A stretch of DNA of 64,000 nucleotides. Source: Azolla caroliniana (taxonomy: Eukaryota; Plantae; Polypodiophyta). Under the pieces are notes generated by a model that did not search any database, was not told the origin of the DNA, and worked only from the letters and a program-made list of their open reading frames with translations. Below are positions 52,092-64,000 of the stretch, piece after piece (the stretch's first letter is position 1; every line of letters begins with the position of its first letter). The translations under genes and the position numbers were made by a program. The stretch is from NCBI GenBank assembly GCA_043228905.1, contig JBHGNT010000003.1, positions 1,116,001 to 1,180,000 of the forward strand, given 5' to 3'.

Positions 52092-53740
52092 ACGTTATGT
52101 TAGTTATACACACTACCCAGGATGAAATCAACTATGAATGAACTAGCTAACTATTCTCAAAATCTTCGATTTCTTAATTATGGTGTGATAACCAATCCTG
52201 CATCAAAATCACAAAGTACCCCAAGGTCATAGACCAAAACAAACATATGCACACACGCCATCACGTCATTTTAAAACTCAACCCTTTATTTGGTCGAGAA
52301 AATAAGCTACTACGGCACATGCCTCCAAGATCACAACAATATCTTCTAGATTGTCTCTTTGTCTCTTTGTCTTTGTCTAATCTCAACACTTTACATGATC
52401 TAGATTGTCTTTTCTCGTTTTCTTAGGTGAAAATACAAAATATTAAAAAATGTGTGCGATAAAGACTACAATGATACCACAATTGACTCAAATTTTATTT
52501 TAACCTATGTACAATTGTAGACTATCCTCTATTTGAGATCATCAAACATCGACACAACCAACCCATTTGTGTTGTTTTGCTTTGATCGATAACCCTCAAC
52601 ACTTAAGATATTCAACCACTATTTTATGTGATGGAGGGGGTAAATCATTCAATCTTTACTTGAAATGCCACTAAAATGATAACTATAGTTTCATCGTCAA
52701 TATTAAACCCAAGGCTATATAAGTAATATTTTAGAGATTGTAAATGGTGTCATCCTCAATCATTGTAAGAATAAATCTCAGAGTCCCAAAAGTGTGAAAA
52801 TTTTAAAGACGCCACCAAATTTGTCGAGCATTGCCCTCCAAAGAAAATGTTTTGCATGGAATGGAAGAAGAGATTTACATACTATATCTAACACCTCACA
52901 TAAAATAGTGCAACGCCGAAAGCCTAACATGTATCAACACATAGCAATATAGAGTCATTTGATTATAGCCAAAACCACGCCATGGTTGAATTGTCTAATG
53001 GCTTAAACAATTTAACTTGGTTTGGTTTTAGTGAACCACCACTACCTAATATGATGTTTCGCACCAAATTTAAGAAGATATTTACATTGTACATCTAACA
53101 TCTCACATAGAATGGTGCAAATAAAGCCTAAACCTTAACATGTATTAACATATAGCAAAAGGTGATGATTTGATTCAAGCCAAAACCACACAATGGTTGA
53201 CTATGCTAATGGCTAACAAATTGACTTGGTTGGTTTTGAGCTCCAAAATGGGAAAGCGGTTTCGTTTGTCTTGGGTTTGTTAAGAGTTCAATTTGTGTCT
53301 TGCCTCAAGAGTTTAGAGTTCACAAGTTTCAACCCATGGATTAAAAGGCTCGAAATACACATAAATAATTCATTTTTCTTGTATGCAAATGATTTGAGCA
53401 TGTATACCCACTCCACTTTGAGAATCAATGGGGAAGCATACCACTATGCGATTGCTTGCTCGCCAACAATTATGAATGTAAAAAGTGTGTAGTACAAATG
53501 TATATAAGCCAAGAAAACGTAAAAAGAAATTATGTATATCGATACACTAATTGATAGGTATATATGGATGGTGGAAAGGGTTAGGAAAGAATGGGGGAAT
53601 CGCAAGATTCAATAGGCGATGGCAAGATGTATAGAAATAGGGTGGAGGCTATCTCGTCTTCCATTTAGAGCTAAGTGTTCAATAATCGGTACATTACCTC
53701 TTCTGCGAAGACGCACTATGTTTAATAAAAGTAATCGGAG

Positions 53741-55412
53741 TCATACAACTATGCGAGGCTCAAGAAGGATAGCAAGATCCTTGACGGGGAATGGCATAGG
53801 GTCCACCACAATGGCCTCGTTAGGGTCCTTGAGGGACCACGAGAATTTAGTGACCAAGCTATGGATGATCATGAGAATTTCCATGCGTGCGAACTCGTTG
53901 CCCGGACACATCCTCGGGCCCCCGCCGAATGGAACGAATGTGAACGGGGCCGGGCCCGCTCCTTCGAAGCGTGACGGATCGAACTTCTCCGGCTCCCGGA
54001 AATACTTAGGGTTTCGATGAGTCGAGTTCACAGACCAGTAAATCTGGGCAGGGAAATGCAATGGGTTGTAGATATGTTTTTGTGATCTATTTGAATTGGA
54101 TTGGGGATTGACAGTCAGAGATATAATACCTTCCATGATTTTGGGATCCTGAAGCCATTGAAGCTCATGTCCTCCTCCTGTGCCACTCTGAATGATCCCT
54201 GCACTGGCGGTGTTAGCCTCATGGATTCCTGAACCACTCTCCATGAAAGCTTCATCTTCTGTATATCTCCCCAATTCAACAGCTCACCGGGGGCCTTGCT
54301 TGCAGCGATCTCCTTGTTCTCTGAGTAATCACCACCAAAATACACATACAAATATGATAAGAGTTCACGATGCAAACAAAGATTTGATAGTCTTTTCAAG
54401 CCCAAAGAGATTGCAAACCTCTGTAAACCTCATCCATTATGTCGGTATTGCATGCCAGATATTTGCAGGTCATGGTGGACACAATGGCGCTGGTATCATG
54501 ACCTGCAAAGAGCAACAGAAGGATGTTGTCCATAATGGCCTTATCAGAAAATGATTCTCCGTGCTCATCCCTATAGTCGAGAAAGCCGGAGAGGATGTCT
54601 GGATGCTCAGTGACAGAGCCAGCATCCATATCTCTCCTCCTCTCGTCGATCCATACCTGCAACTGCTTTCTTATCGCTTCAGAAGCTGCGAGTGCTTTAG
54701 AATATCTCGTTCCAGGTATGTTGATCGGTATCTGCAGAAGACCTTTCATCATCGTATTGAAGGGAAGAAAGAGCATGTCATGATCTTTGATGTCCCGTCG
54801 GCCAACAAGAACCTCACAAGTTATGGAGAACACGAGCTTCTTCATCAGGGGAAACAGAAGGGTTTCGGATTTGCCATCGAGATGCTCCTGAATGAACCTG
54901 ACGAGGATGCCATCGATGCTTCGGGTGTACCTTTGCAGGGATTCGGGGCGCAAGAACATCATGAGAGCGTTCCTTATACGTGTAGCATGCGGTCCGACAT
55001 GGCCGATCAGGGATTCAGTCCCCAGAACAGAGATGACGCTACGGGGCCATGAGGTGTAGATGTTAGAGAAGGCTTTCCTGTTACCAGAAGGGCTGGCCAG
55101 GACTACTGTCGGGCAGGTGACTAGGTTCGTCTTGAAGGTCTCCCCATGGCTAGAGATGCGGTCATCGAAGAATTTCCAGGGCATCCCTGCCCTCTGTGTT
55201 CCGAGGAACTCTAGGGTCTCACCGAAGAAGGGAAGGCCGAAACGACCCGGCGGCAACGGAAGCGTCTTCTCTTGCTGGCTCTTCTTCTTCTTCTTCTTCT
55301 TCTGGCTTGAAGGTCTCCATAGCTGCAGTAGCCCTGCAATGAGGAATAGTAGAGGCAGAGTAAGCCCAAGGATGATGGCCACAAGGATGGTAGTATAGGT
55401 GAAGAACTCCAT
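53741..55412 (-). CDS. Cytochrome P450, CYP85 clan (CYP716-like), intact, ~495 aa
   Basis: Exons 55412-54419, 54320-54130 and 54043-53741 (GT-AG, in frame, 1488 nt). [30 protein letters not shown]. Confidence 0.93.
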
Positions 55413-56120
55413 AGCCAAGCTTCAGCTACTAAAGTAATTCATCTTCTTTCTCTATTACTAATAAGTTATAACAACGTAATGGAATTGGTTATGCTTCTTC
55501 TTCTTCTTATTTGCCACGGGGCAAAGCAGACAAAGATACAAAGGTTTCTACGTCTTTTGATCATGTGAAGACATGTGTACAAAATATCTGCTCCTCAAAG
55601 ATTTCTACATCTTTTGATAATGGGAAGCTTATCTCCTTCAAAGCAAAAGGGCCATGTACGAAATATGCGCTCCTTGGTTCTTGACATTGCGATGCACGGC
55701 ATGTGGCATGAATCCCATGGTTGGATCATGGATGAACCTTGACCAAACTTTTAATGGTGACTTTCCATCGAAGCTTTAATATCTATTGAAAACATGGGTT
55801 TTAAAAAAGCGGGTTTGCGAGGCATGGTCCTCGACCTAAGAAGGAGAGGTGGGCTTATTTTGGGTCCTCACTTCTTCTTCTTCATTCTTCGTTTTGGTGG
55901 TCTTCGTGGTCTTCGGGATTTCTTGGGAGCCTTGGGAGTGTTCATCTTTGTCTTCGTTGAGTTTGCGTGGAGTCTCCTTCGTGTTTGAATGGGGTCGTCT
56001 TCAATGTATATATTCCCTTTCTCTACTCTTCTTCTTTAATAGGGTTTTGACACAAAAGTGGAAGTAATGAGGAGCGGTTTTCGACTTTTGGAAGGAGGTG
56101 TTCCCCACATTGAGGCCTTT

Positions 56121-56556
56121 TGTTATGGCATGACCATATACTATCTCGTGGTGAGAATTTACCGTAGTATTCTATACACGTGGATAAGTGTGACGGTTAA
56201 ACGAGAGTGTAAAGAAGGGGATGATTACTTACAACCCATTAGGCCAAGTATGAACTTGCCTGGGGGCCTTGGGTATCCTTATAAATATAAGGCCTAACTA
56301 CCCTCATTTCATCATCTTTTGACTATGTCGAGACTCTAATGTCGTGGTGCATCAACTCTTGTAGCGAGCGCGCTAGCACCAGGTACGACTCGACGCCACA
56401 ACGGTGGTATGGGACACCAATTGAGGCTCGAGTCCATCTCGATCCCTCCGCACGGGGGTGGTCCGGTGGATCGGCACCCTTCTTTCTCTCTCTCCTTTCT
56501 CATTTCATATATCTTTTATCCTTATCATATGCTTACATTAGATCATCGCTCTAACA
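56121..56556 (+). mobile_element. Solo LTR of the adjacent chromovirus family, in opposite orientation
   Basis: TGTTA...TAACA. Its first ~295 bp are the reverse complement of 56558-56868. Confidence 0.8.
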
Positions 56557-56557
56557 A

Positions 56558-59500
56558 TCCCATACCACCATTGTGGCGTCGAGTTGCACCTGGTGCTGGT
56601 GCGCTTGCTACAAGAGTTGACCCACCACAAAGTGAGAGTCTCGACGTAGTCAAAAGATGATGAAATGAGGGTAACTAAGCCTCATATTTATAGCGATACC
56701 CAAGGCCCCTAGGCAAGTTCATACTTGGCCTAATGGGTTGTCTCACTCCCGAGGATTAAAAGTAATCCTCCCCTTCTTTACACTCGTTTAACCGTCACAC
56801 TTATCCACGTGTATAGAATACTACGGTAAATTCTCACCACGGGATATTATATGGTCATGCCTGTAACATACTGTCCCTCTTTAAAACAATTGCACTCTTG
56901 CAGTGGAAAGTTAGGGAAGTTAGATCTAAGAGTATTTTCGTGTTCCCATGTGGCATCTTTAATAGATTTATCCATCCATTTAATTTTAAATTCGCGGATT
57001 ATTTTAGTACACAGATTTTTTGTTTTAACATCGAGAATTCTTTTTGGTACATGTTTTTTAGAAGATAATTCTTTAGAAGTAACTAGAGTTTCAGTTGTAA
57101 TTGTATTGTCACAAGAACCTACAAGTTCTTTTAGACGACTTACATGAAAAACTCGATGAATTTCAACAGAATCAGGAAGAGTGAAACGATAGGCTGATGA
57201 ACCAATGGATTTGAGGACATGAAAAGGTTCACAAAACCGTGGGGCTAACTTAGCGCACTTATCCGTAGACAATGTCTTAGAATTGTGAGGTACACGTAAA
57301 AATACCTTATATCTAGGGTTGAATACACGAGGTTGCCTATTATGATTGGCGTAAAAACTCGCTCTATCTTGAGCTGTTTTTATATTATCTCGTGCAATAT
57401 GCAACATATCTTGTATATCTCGACGAAAGTTTTGCGTACTTCGTAACTCATCATCATGTATATTAACATCAATCGGGGCTCATGGCTAAAAACCACACAT
57501 CAACATAAAAGGACTATATCCAACCAACGTATGCGTGGAGCTGTTATAAGCAAAGTTCAAAATTGGGAGATAACGTTCCCATTTTGTTGGTTTTGCACCA
57601 ACGTATGCTTGAAGCATGTCCTCAATAATTTGATTTACTCTTTCTGTCTGTCCATCGGATTGATGATGATCCGTGGAACTCGTGCTCAATGTAGTTTCTA
57701 ACTTCTTAAAGACTTGCGTCTAGAAGTCACTAGTAAACATTGGATCTCGATCAGTCACGAATCCATCGGTAACCCATAAAAACGAAATAACTCGTCAACG
57801 AATTGGTAAGCCAATTTAGGAGCTGTTACCGTGGTTTTAGTAGCAATAAATCTAGCTAATTTAGTTAGTCTATCAACCACAACCCAGATGGCATCCATGG
57901 ATATACTTTCCCACTTATTATATAGAATGTCCAAGGGATGTAAAAGTCTAGCAGCCTTAAGTCGCTCGGCTTTGTTAACCTGATATTGGTGACATTTAGT
58001 CACATAGCTATGTATGTCAGGACGCATCTAAGGCCAATAGAATTGAGTGGAGATGAGAACGAGTGTATGATGTATTTCAGGGTGTCATGCTGAGGGTGCA
58101 TCATGGCATTCAAAAAGAATTCTCTTTTTGACCTAAGGCAAATCTGGAACACAAACCCTCCTATTACGATAAAGCATATTGTTAGCAATGTGGAAGGATT
58201 CCTTTGAGGATGTGGTGGTGTCTGCTCCAGACTCAAATCCTGCCCAGTATTTCGCAAAATAACTGTCATCAGGATACTTTCCTCGAAGGTGATCATAAAG
58301 ATTTGATGTTATTTCAGTGAAGGTGAGCATGTTAACTTCATGGATGCGACTTAGTGCATCAGCGACAGTGTTCATGGAACCTTTACAATATCATAGGGAA
58401 AAATCAAAGTCCTGGATGAGATCAACCCATCGTGCCTTACGACCTTTCAGGTCTTGTTGGTCACATAAAATTTCAAGGACTTGTGGTCCGTAGTTACCAC
58501 AAAACGATTTCTATAAAAATAATGGCGCCTTGTTTTGAGCGCATGTATAACTGCAAATAATTCCTTTACTTGGACGGTGTCGTGAAGAAAACCGTCCCTT
58601 GGCGCAATCGGTGCATAGCGCGCGTGAACCGGCTCTTCACGCGTGCGCGCCCTTTAATGTATATAATAGGGAATTAGGTACATAGGTATATCTTCGGTAG
58701 TTAGATTCAGTAGGTAGGAAGTAAATGAGGGAACGGGTCCCTTCTTGAAGCTATAAAAGAGAGGGAGACGCGGGGAGAGGGGGATCGCGCATTGAGGAGG
58801 ACGAAGTGTTGTCGGGCCGTAACCAAACGCTTGTCCTTTGTTCGTTCTCCATCGCTCTTCCCTGCAGGTTTTTGGGAGGCTCGCGCTGCTTCGAGGAACG
58901 CCCGTGTGCTTCTGGCAGCACCTCCATCCTATCCCCTTTCGTGCGCAGACGAGCAGGCATCGGCATCTATTCGCCGGCCTGTTCGGTTGTAACCGCTCAC
59001 GTGCTCTGTTGTTTATTTGTTATTCGTTAATACACAAACTTTCGTGTCTCTCTGTCTCTATGTCCATTCGTGTCTTATGCGTTGACGGGCCGTGTCCCTG
59101 TGTTCCTTTGCTCATACGTAACCGGGCGTCTCTCTCTTTCTCTTTCCCCCTTCTATCACCTGCTCTTCGGTTCAAGACCCTGGTGGTCCCGCCTCGTTTC
59201 TCCACGCTCGCACGTAACAACGCGACAACGGTATACCGACATTGAGCAGAATCAAGTTTCTTACTCTCGAATGCTATTGGTTTACCATCTTGATATAAGA
59301 CAAGAACTATAGCATAATCGCTTGCGTCGATTTCAACCTCAAAAGGTTTTGAGGGATTAGATAAAAGAAGCGAAGGAGCCTTGCACACCAGTTCATTGAG
59401 TTCCTTAAAGGAGAGGTCTAGTGTAGCATTCCACACAATAGGTTTTGTAGACTTAAGCGTTTGACCTTTTAGAAGATCAGTAAACGACGTCGTCAATTGG

Positions 59501-60831
59501 GAGTAATTACGAAGGGATTTTCGCAAAAACCTGACAAAACCAAGGAATGATCGAACTTCTCGAATATTCCGAAGAGTGGGCCAAAGTTTGATTTTCTCGA
59601 TGCGAGAATGATCAATTTCAACTCCTCGTTCGGTTATGAGATGTTCAAGATAAGTAATTGATTTCTTGAAGAACTCGCATTTTGAGATCTTCAGATAGAA
59701 TTGCTTGCCGTGCAATGTTCATAAAACAAAGCGGACATGTTTAGCATGTTCTTATAATGTATGACTATAAACTAGAATATCATCCAAGAAAATAACGACA
59801 AAATTTCCAAATTTTTCTTAGAAAATGCATTCATTTCTTGGTGAAATGTGGCCCGAGCATTGGTCAAACCGAAAGGCATGACCAAAAACTCGCAATGGCC
59901 ATAATGCATATGAAATGTCGTTTTAGGAACATCTCCCTCAGTTATACGAATTTGATGGTAGCCCGTACGGAGATCAAGTTTCGTAAAATACTGAGCTCCC
60001 TGGAGATCGTCAATCCGGGGCAATGGATATGAATTCTTGATTGTCACTTTATTCAAGCGTCGGTAATTAATACACATATGCCAAGAGAATAGGTGCACCC
60101 TAAGGAGATTTACTATAATGTATATAACCCATTCGTAAATAGTCCTTGAGTTGCTTAAATACCTCATCCTCTTCGGATCGACTTAAGCGATAAGGAGGTA
60201 TACTTATTGGTGCAACGCTAGGTACAATATCTCTACGATGGTCTATATTACATTTAGGAGATAACCATGTGGTAGTTCACTCGGAAAAACATCACGAAAA
60301 TCATTTAAGATTTTATCGAGTTGTTGTTCAAAATATGATAATTGAACCGAGACAGAATCAATATTGTAAACATGAATGTCCGGATCAAGTACACAATAAA
60401 ATAAAGTAGAACAAGACAATTCAGATATTGATGGCGAGGAAACAATCGAAATAGATTGTTTTTTAATACATTGAATAAAATAAGTACAATCGTTCAGTAC
60501 AAAAGTAATTGAATGATGAACCCAATCAATAGATAAAGAAGAGTTTTTATTAAAAAACCAAGGATAACCTAGTATTACATCAGTGGTACAAAGATTCATT
60601 ACATGGAAGTCTACTTCCTCTATATAAGTATCAATTGAAATTACTAATGAATGAATCACCATGTTGATGTATTGTACTTTTCTATCAGTCTAGTGCACCC
60701 TATAGGTGTGATCACTTACGGTGAGTTGGATTTCCCATATCTAAACCAAACGATCATTCACACAATTGTGTGAGCTTCCCGAATCAAATAAAAAGTGTAT
60801 GGGAGATCCATTGATATACCCATTTGCACGT
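56558..60831 (-). mobile_element. Decayed Ty3/gypsy chromovirus (PR-RT-RH-IN-chromodomain, PPT, partial 3' LTR)
   Basis: [74 protein letters not shown], chromodomain PKRILD...IKW...DATWE. PPT precedes the LTR TG at 56868. Confidence 0.92.
58578..59227 (+). mobile_element. Solo LTR (TGTCGTGAAGA family) inserted in the gypsy RNase H
   Basis: TGTCGTGAAGA...CGCGACA with a 4-bp TSD ACGG. Removal restores CRYTV|QVKELFAVIHAL. Confidence 0.88.
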
Positions 60832-63800
60832 TGTCGTGAAGAATTTCGTCCAGAGGCGAAAACCGGGAAATATTGGCTACATCAGCGGGGTGCACCATGT
60901 GCACTCACCCTCGTGTAATTGTGTGAATAATAGGAGTTAAGTTGGGACGAAGAATCCCATGTAAATCGGGATTTATCCCACATTGTAACGCATCCCTCTC
61001 CTTGTTCTATAAAAGGAAGGGATGGTCCCTTGTAGAGGGGTTGCCCGTTTTTGTGTTAGAGGGTATATCGTTAGGTTTAGAGTTAGGTTTCTTCTTCTTC
61101 TTCTTCTTCTTCACGGGGAGGTCGACCGTTGAGGGCTGTTTCTACTCAGTCGGTCTCCTGTGCAAGACCCCGCTTTGTGTGACGAGCCCGAGAGCTCCCC
61201 GGACGACGACTTGGCAGCAGACTACTGTTGTAACCTACCCCCACCATGGTCCGGCTCGAAGCCGGGAATGTATTCTCCCCTTTGTAATATACATACTAGT
61301 ATCCGTCTGTGCATACTCGTCTCTCTGTCTATGTGGGTGTTTTGGTGTTCCCTTCCCTGCGTTGCCTGTACATAAGGGCGTGAGTTGGGTCGGTGCGGTG
61401 TGTTTGTGTGTGTGTGTGTGTGTGTCGGCGTCAAGGGCGCACTCCCTCTCTTTCTCCCTCTCTTCCTCTCTCTCTCCCATTAGGTGGCTTCCGGAACGCG
61501 CCCGGAATCGTCTTCTTGGCTTCCCTTCTTCCCTAGTTTGAGACCCCCGTGGTCCCGCCCTTCCACACGCACGCGCGTAACAATGCGACATCTTTGGTGA
61601 ACCCGACGTGAAGGGCAGCAAGGGAGCATGGAGATGGAAGAAGACTTCGACTTCGAGGAGATGATGGCAAAAATCGTGATGAAAGCCGGACGGAAGATGG
61701 CGAAGCGAGATGCTGCTCAACAAGTCGTCGAAAGGGTGGTCGATCGAGACGGCCGGTTCAATGGGAATGAGGTCCCAAAATTTTTGGGAGCCTACAAGGC
61801 CGAGATGGCGAAAGGGGGCGTGGACGAGGAGATGCGGCTAGAGTATTTTCGTCGAGTGGCGGCCGTATCGGTGCATAAAGAGGTCAAGGAGCTTCAAGAA
61901 GCTCACGAGTCGTGGGAGTCCTTCGAGGGAGCTCTAATGGAGGCATACGGATACGCGAAACCGGAGTGGGTATGCCGGTAACCCGATGGGGAGCGGTCGG
62001 CAACAACGTGGCCCACGAGCGGCAGAGAAGAGAGAGCGGCGAGTGGGTACGCACTACCGCCGGAAGAGAGCTCAACGCAAAACGGTTCAGAGGAGCTCGA
62101 CCTAGAAGCGCTAATACGAGAGGCATGCGAGCTTGTGAAGGGGAAAATCGAAGCCAAAGAAGGGCTTACTATGGAGTCTGGCCGGAGGCGATCGGAGTAT
62201 GCGGAGGAAGAAGCCTCCCTAAGTGTAGAAGACGGGGCCTATACGGAGTCCGGAAGAGCGTACGACGGCAACATGGAAGAGGGTGCGGAGCAATTGACCC
62301 TCTTGCCTTGCGGTGAAGGGATGGCCATGGAGGCCGGTAACTACGGATTCGGGGCATGGCGGCCCGAAACATCGAGTAGGGAGAAGTACAAGGGATGAAG
62401 AGGAGAACAAAGACCGGTCCCATGAGATTTTCACACCGATCCGACTGTCGGCCCGGGTGCTGGCGTGAGTCCTATAAGAAGAGATCGGTGGCGACAGGAG
62501 AATGGGACTCGACAATCCAGAGAATGACGGACGGACCCGGACGAGAACCGAGCGGAACGGACTTCCGGAAAACCATTCCGGGAGGGAGGGAGAGAGTAGG
62601 CCTACGAAGAGGCCGGGAACACGGTACGTCGGTACCACAAGAGAGGGTGTGGAGTGAGCCACCCTCTCGACTTACGAAAGAAGGAAGACCCGGGATAAGG
62701 GTCAGAGATATGGCAAGCCCAAGGAGGATCCTTCACACCGGTTCTAGAGACTTCGGAAGTCGACAACGCGGTCAACGTAAGACCAAGATACTGATGGTGG
62801 CAACGAGGTGACAAAGGCAAAGGGCTACGAATGGGCAGTCTACGGAGATCCTCACACCGATCCGGCGGTCAGCCCGAGAGCCGGCGTGAGTCCTATAGGA
62901 AAGGACGGTGGCGGCAGGTGAACGTGACCAACAAAAGAGAATGGCGAAGGCAGAGTGGAGCAGCTGTGACCTTACACACACCGATTCTAGAGACTCCGGC
63001 AGCCAACGACAAAAGGAGGCGTGAGACCTAGAGTAAGGGACGGTGGCGGCGGTAGGGCGGGCAACCGAAGCCAGAAGGGGAGGTCCCACGAAGACACTCA
63101 CACCGATCCGGCGGTCGGCCCGAGTGCCGGTGTGAGTCCTATAGGGGAGATCGGTGGCGACAGGAGAACGTGATCTGACGACATGAGGCGAAAAATGGCA
63201 AGGAGGTATGAGGCCAGCAAGGTGGCTACGGACCATCTCAAACCTTCCGATGAGGTGAGTGGCGCAAGGAAGTCTGGTCCTACGGGATCCCCACACTTAA
63301 CCAGAGACTCTGGCAGTTCGGCCAACGTGGCAACATGAGACCGAGAGAGAAGGTTGGTGGTGGCGGGAAACGGGACCCGGCTACGTGGAAGACACGAGGA
63401 GAGTCGTGAAGGACTCCGACAAAAGACACCCGAATTTCGGCAAGCATAGAAACGGAGTCCAGTCTTATGGGACCCTCGCACCGATCTGGAGACTTCGGCA
63501 GTTCAGCCAACGTGGCAACGTGAGACCTAGGAAGAAGGACGGTGGCGGTAGGGAATGGGACCCAACGACACGGGGTAGCGAATCGGGAGCCGGTAAGACG
63601 GGGCGGACGAAGTGCGAAACCCTCACCGGCCGGTTACGGTTTCGGAAGTAGCCGGTAGGGCAAACACGAGGAGGTGTGTCAGGCCGGAAAGGCACACCTG
63701 GGACAGAATAAGAGTCTCGCAAGTGGCCATCACGGGCTGGATTAGAGCATGACTACGGGACAGTGTTCGACACGGGCGGTGCCGAACAAAGGAAGCGGAA

Positions 63801-64000
63801 GACGGCACAAGGGAGGTGCCAGCAATGAGGTGACAAGTGCCTAGTGGACTGCATAGGGTCAGAGTCAGGGGATGGCAAGAGAGGCCGAAGGAGGATCCTC
63901 CACACTCGCTTCGTAGATCTCGGTAGCGAAGACTGACACGGCAAGCCCGGGGGTGACAAGCTGGTGGGGGCGAGGGGAGGACGGCAAGCGGAAGACTCAG
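60832..64000 (+). mobile_element. LTR retrotransposon (TGTCGTGAAGA family): 5' LTR 60832-61590, tRNA-Trp PBS, gag start, repetitive degenerate interior; runs off the window
   Basis: LTR ends ...TGCGACA, then TGGTGAACCCGACGTGA (complement of the plant tRNA-Trp 3' end). The gag-like ORF 61628-61981 reads GRFNGNEVPKFL...YF...SWESFEGALMEAY. Confidence 0.85.

Noticed and set aside
61595-61611. tRNA gene
   Set aside because: Only a 17-nt primer-binding site complementary to tRNA-Trp; no cloverleaf.

Overview
Land-plant nuclear DNA: AT-rich, intron-containing genes, nested transposons; the TE spectrum suggests a fern or other seed-free plant (inference). Host genes are a tandem array of minus-strand CYP85-clan (CYP716-like) P450s (two intact 3-exon genes, two pseudogenes, one deletion remnant) and one intact papain-family cysteine protease. 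The rest is mostly TEs: Ty1/copia elements, a chromodomain Ty3/gypsy, a tRNA-Trp-primed LTR family with 4-bp CG-centred TSDs, hAT elements/MITEs and a LINE fragment. The standout is a 15.25-kb TIR DNA transposon (12067-27317; 36-bp TIRs, 4-bp TSD CAAA). It carries a Sola1-like DDE transposase and, divergently from a shared ~780-bp promoter, a six-exon gene encoding a ParB/Srx-like domain fused to a bacterial-type beta-class N6-adenine/N4-cytosine DNA methyltransferase. A second, diverged family member (28401-32330; own 37-bp TIRs, TSD CACA) keeps the 3' ends of both genes in the same layout. Both elements hold arrays of a shared palindrome, CGATRC-N3-GYATCG. Both copies are decayed. All family assignments come from motif reading, not database searches.
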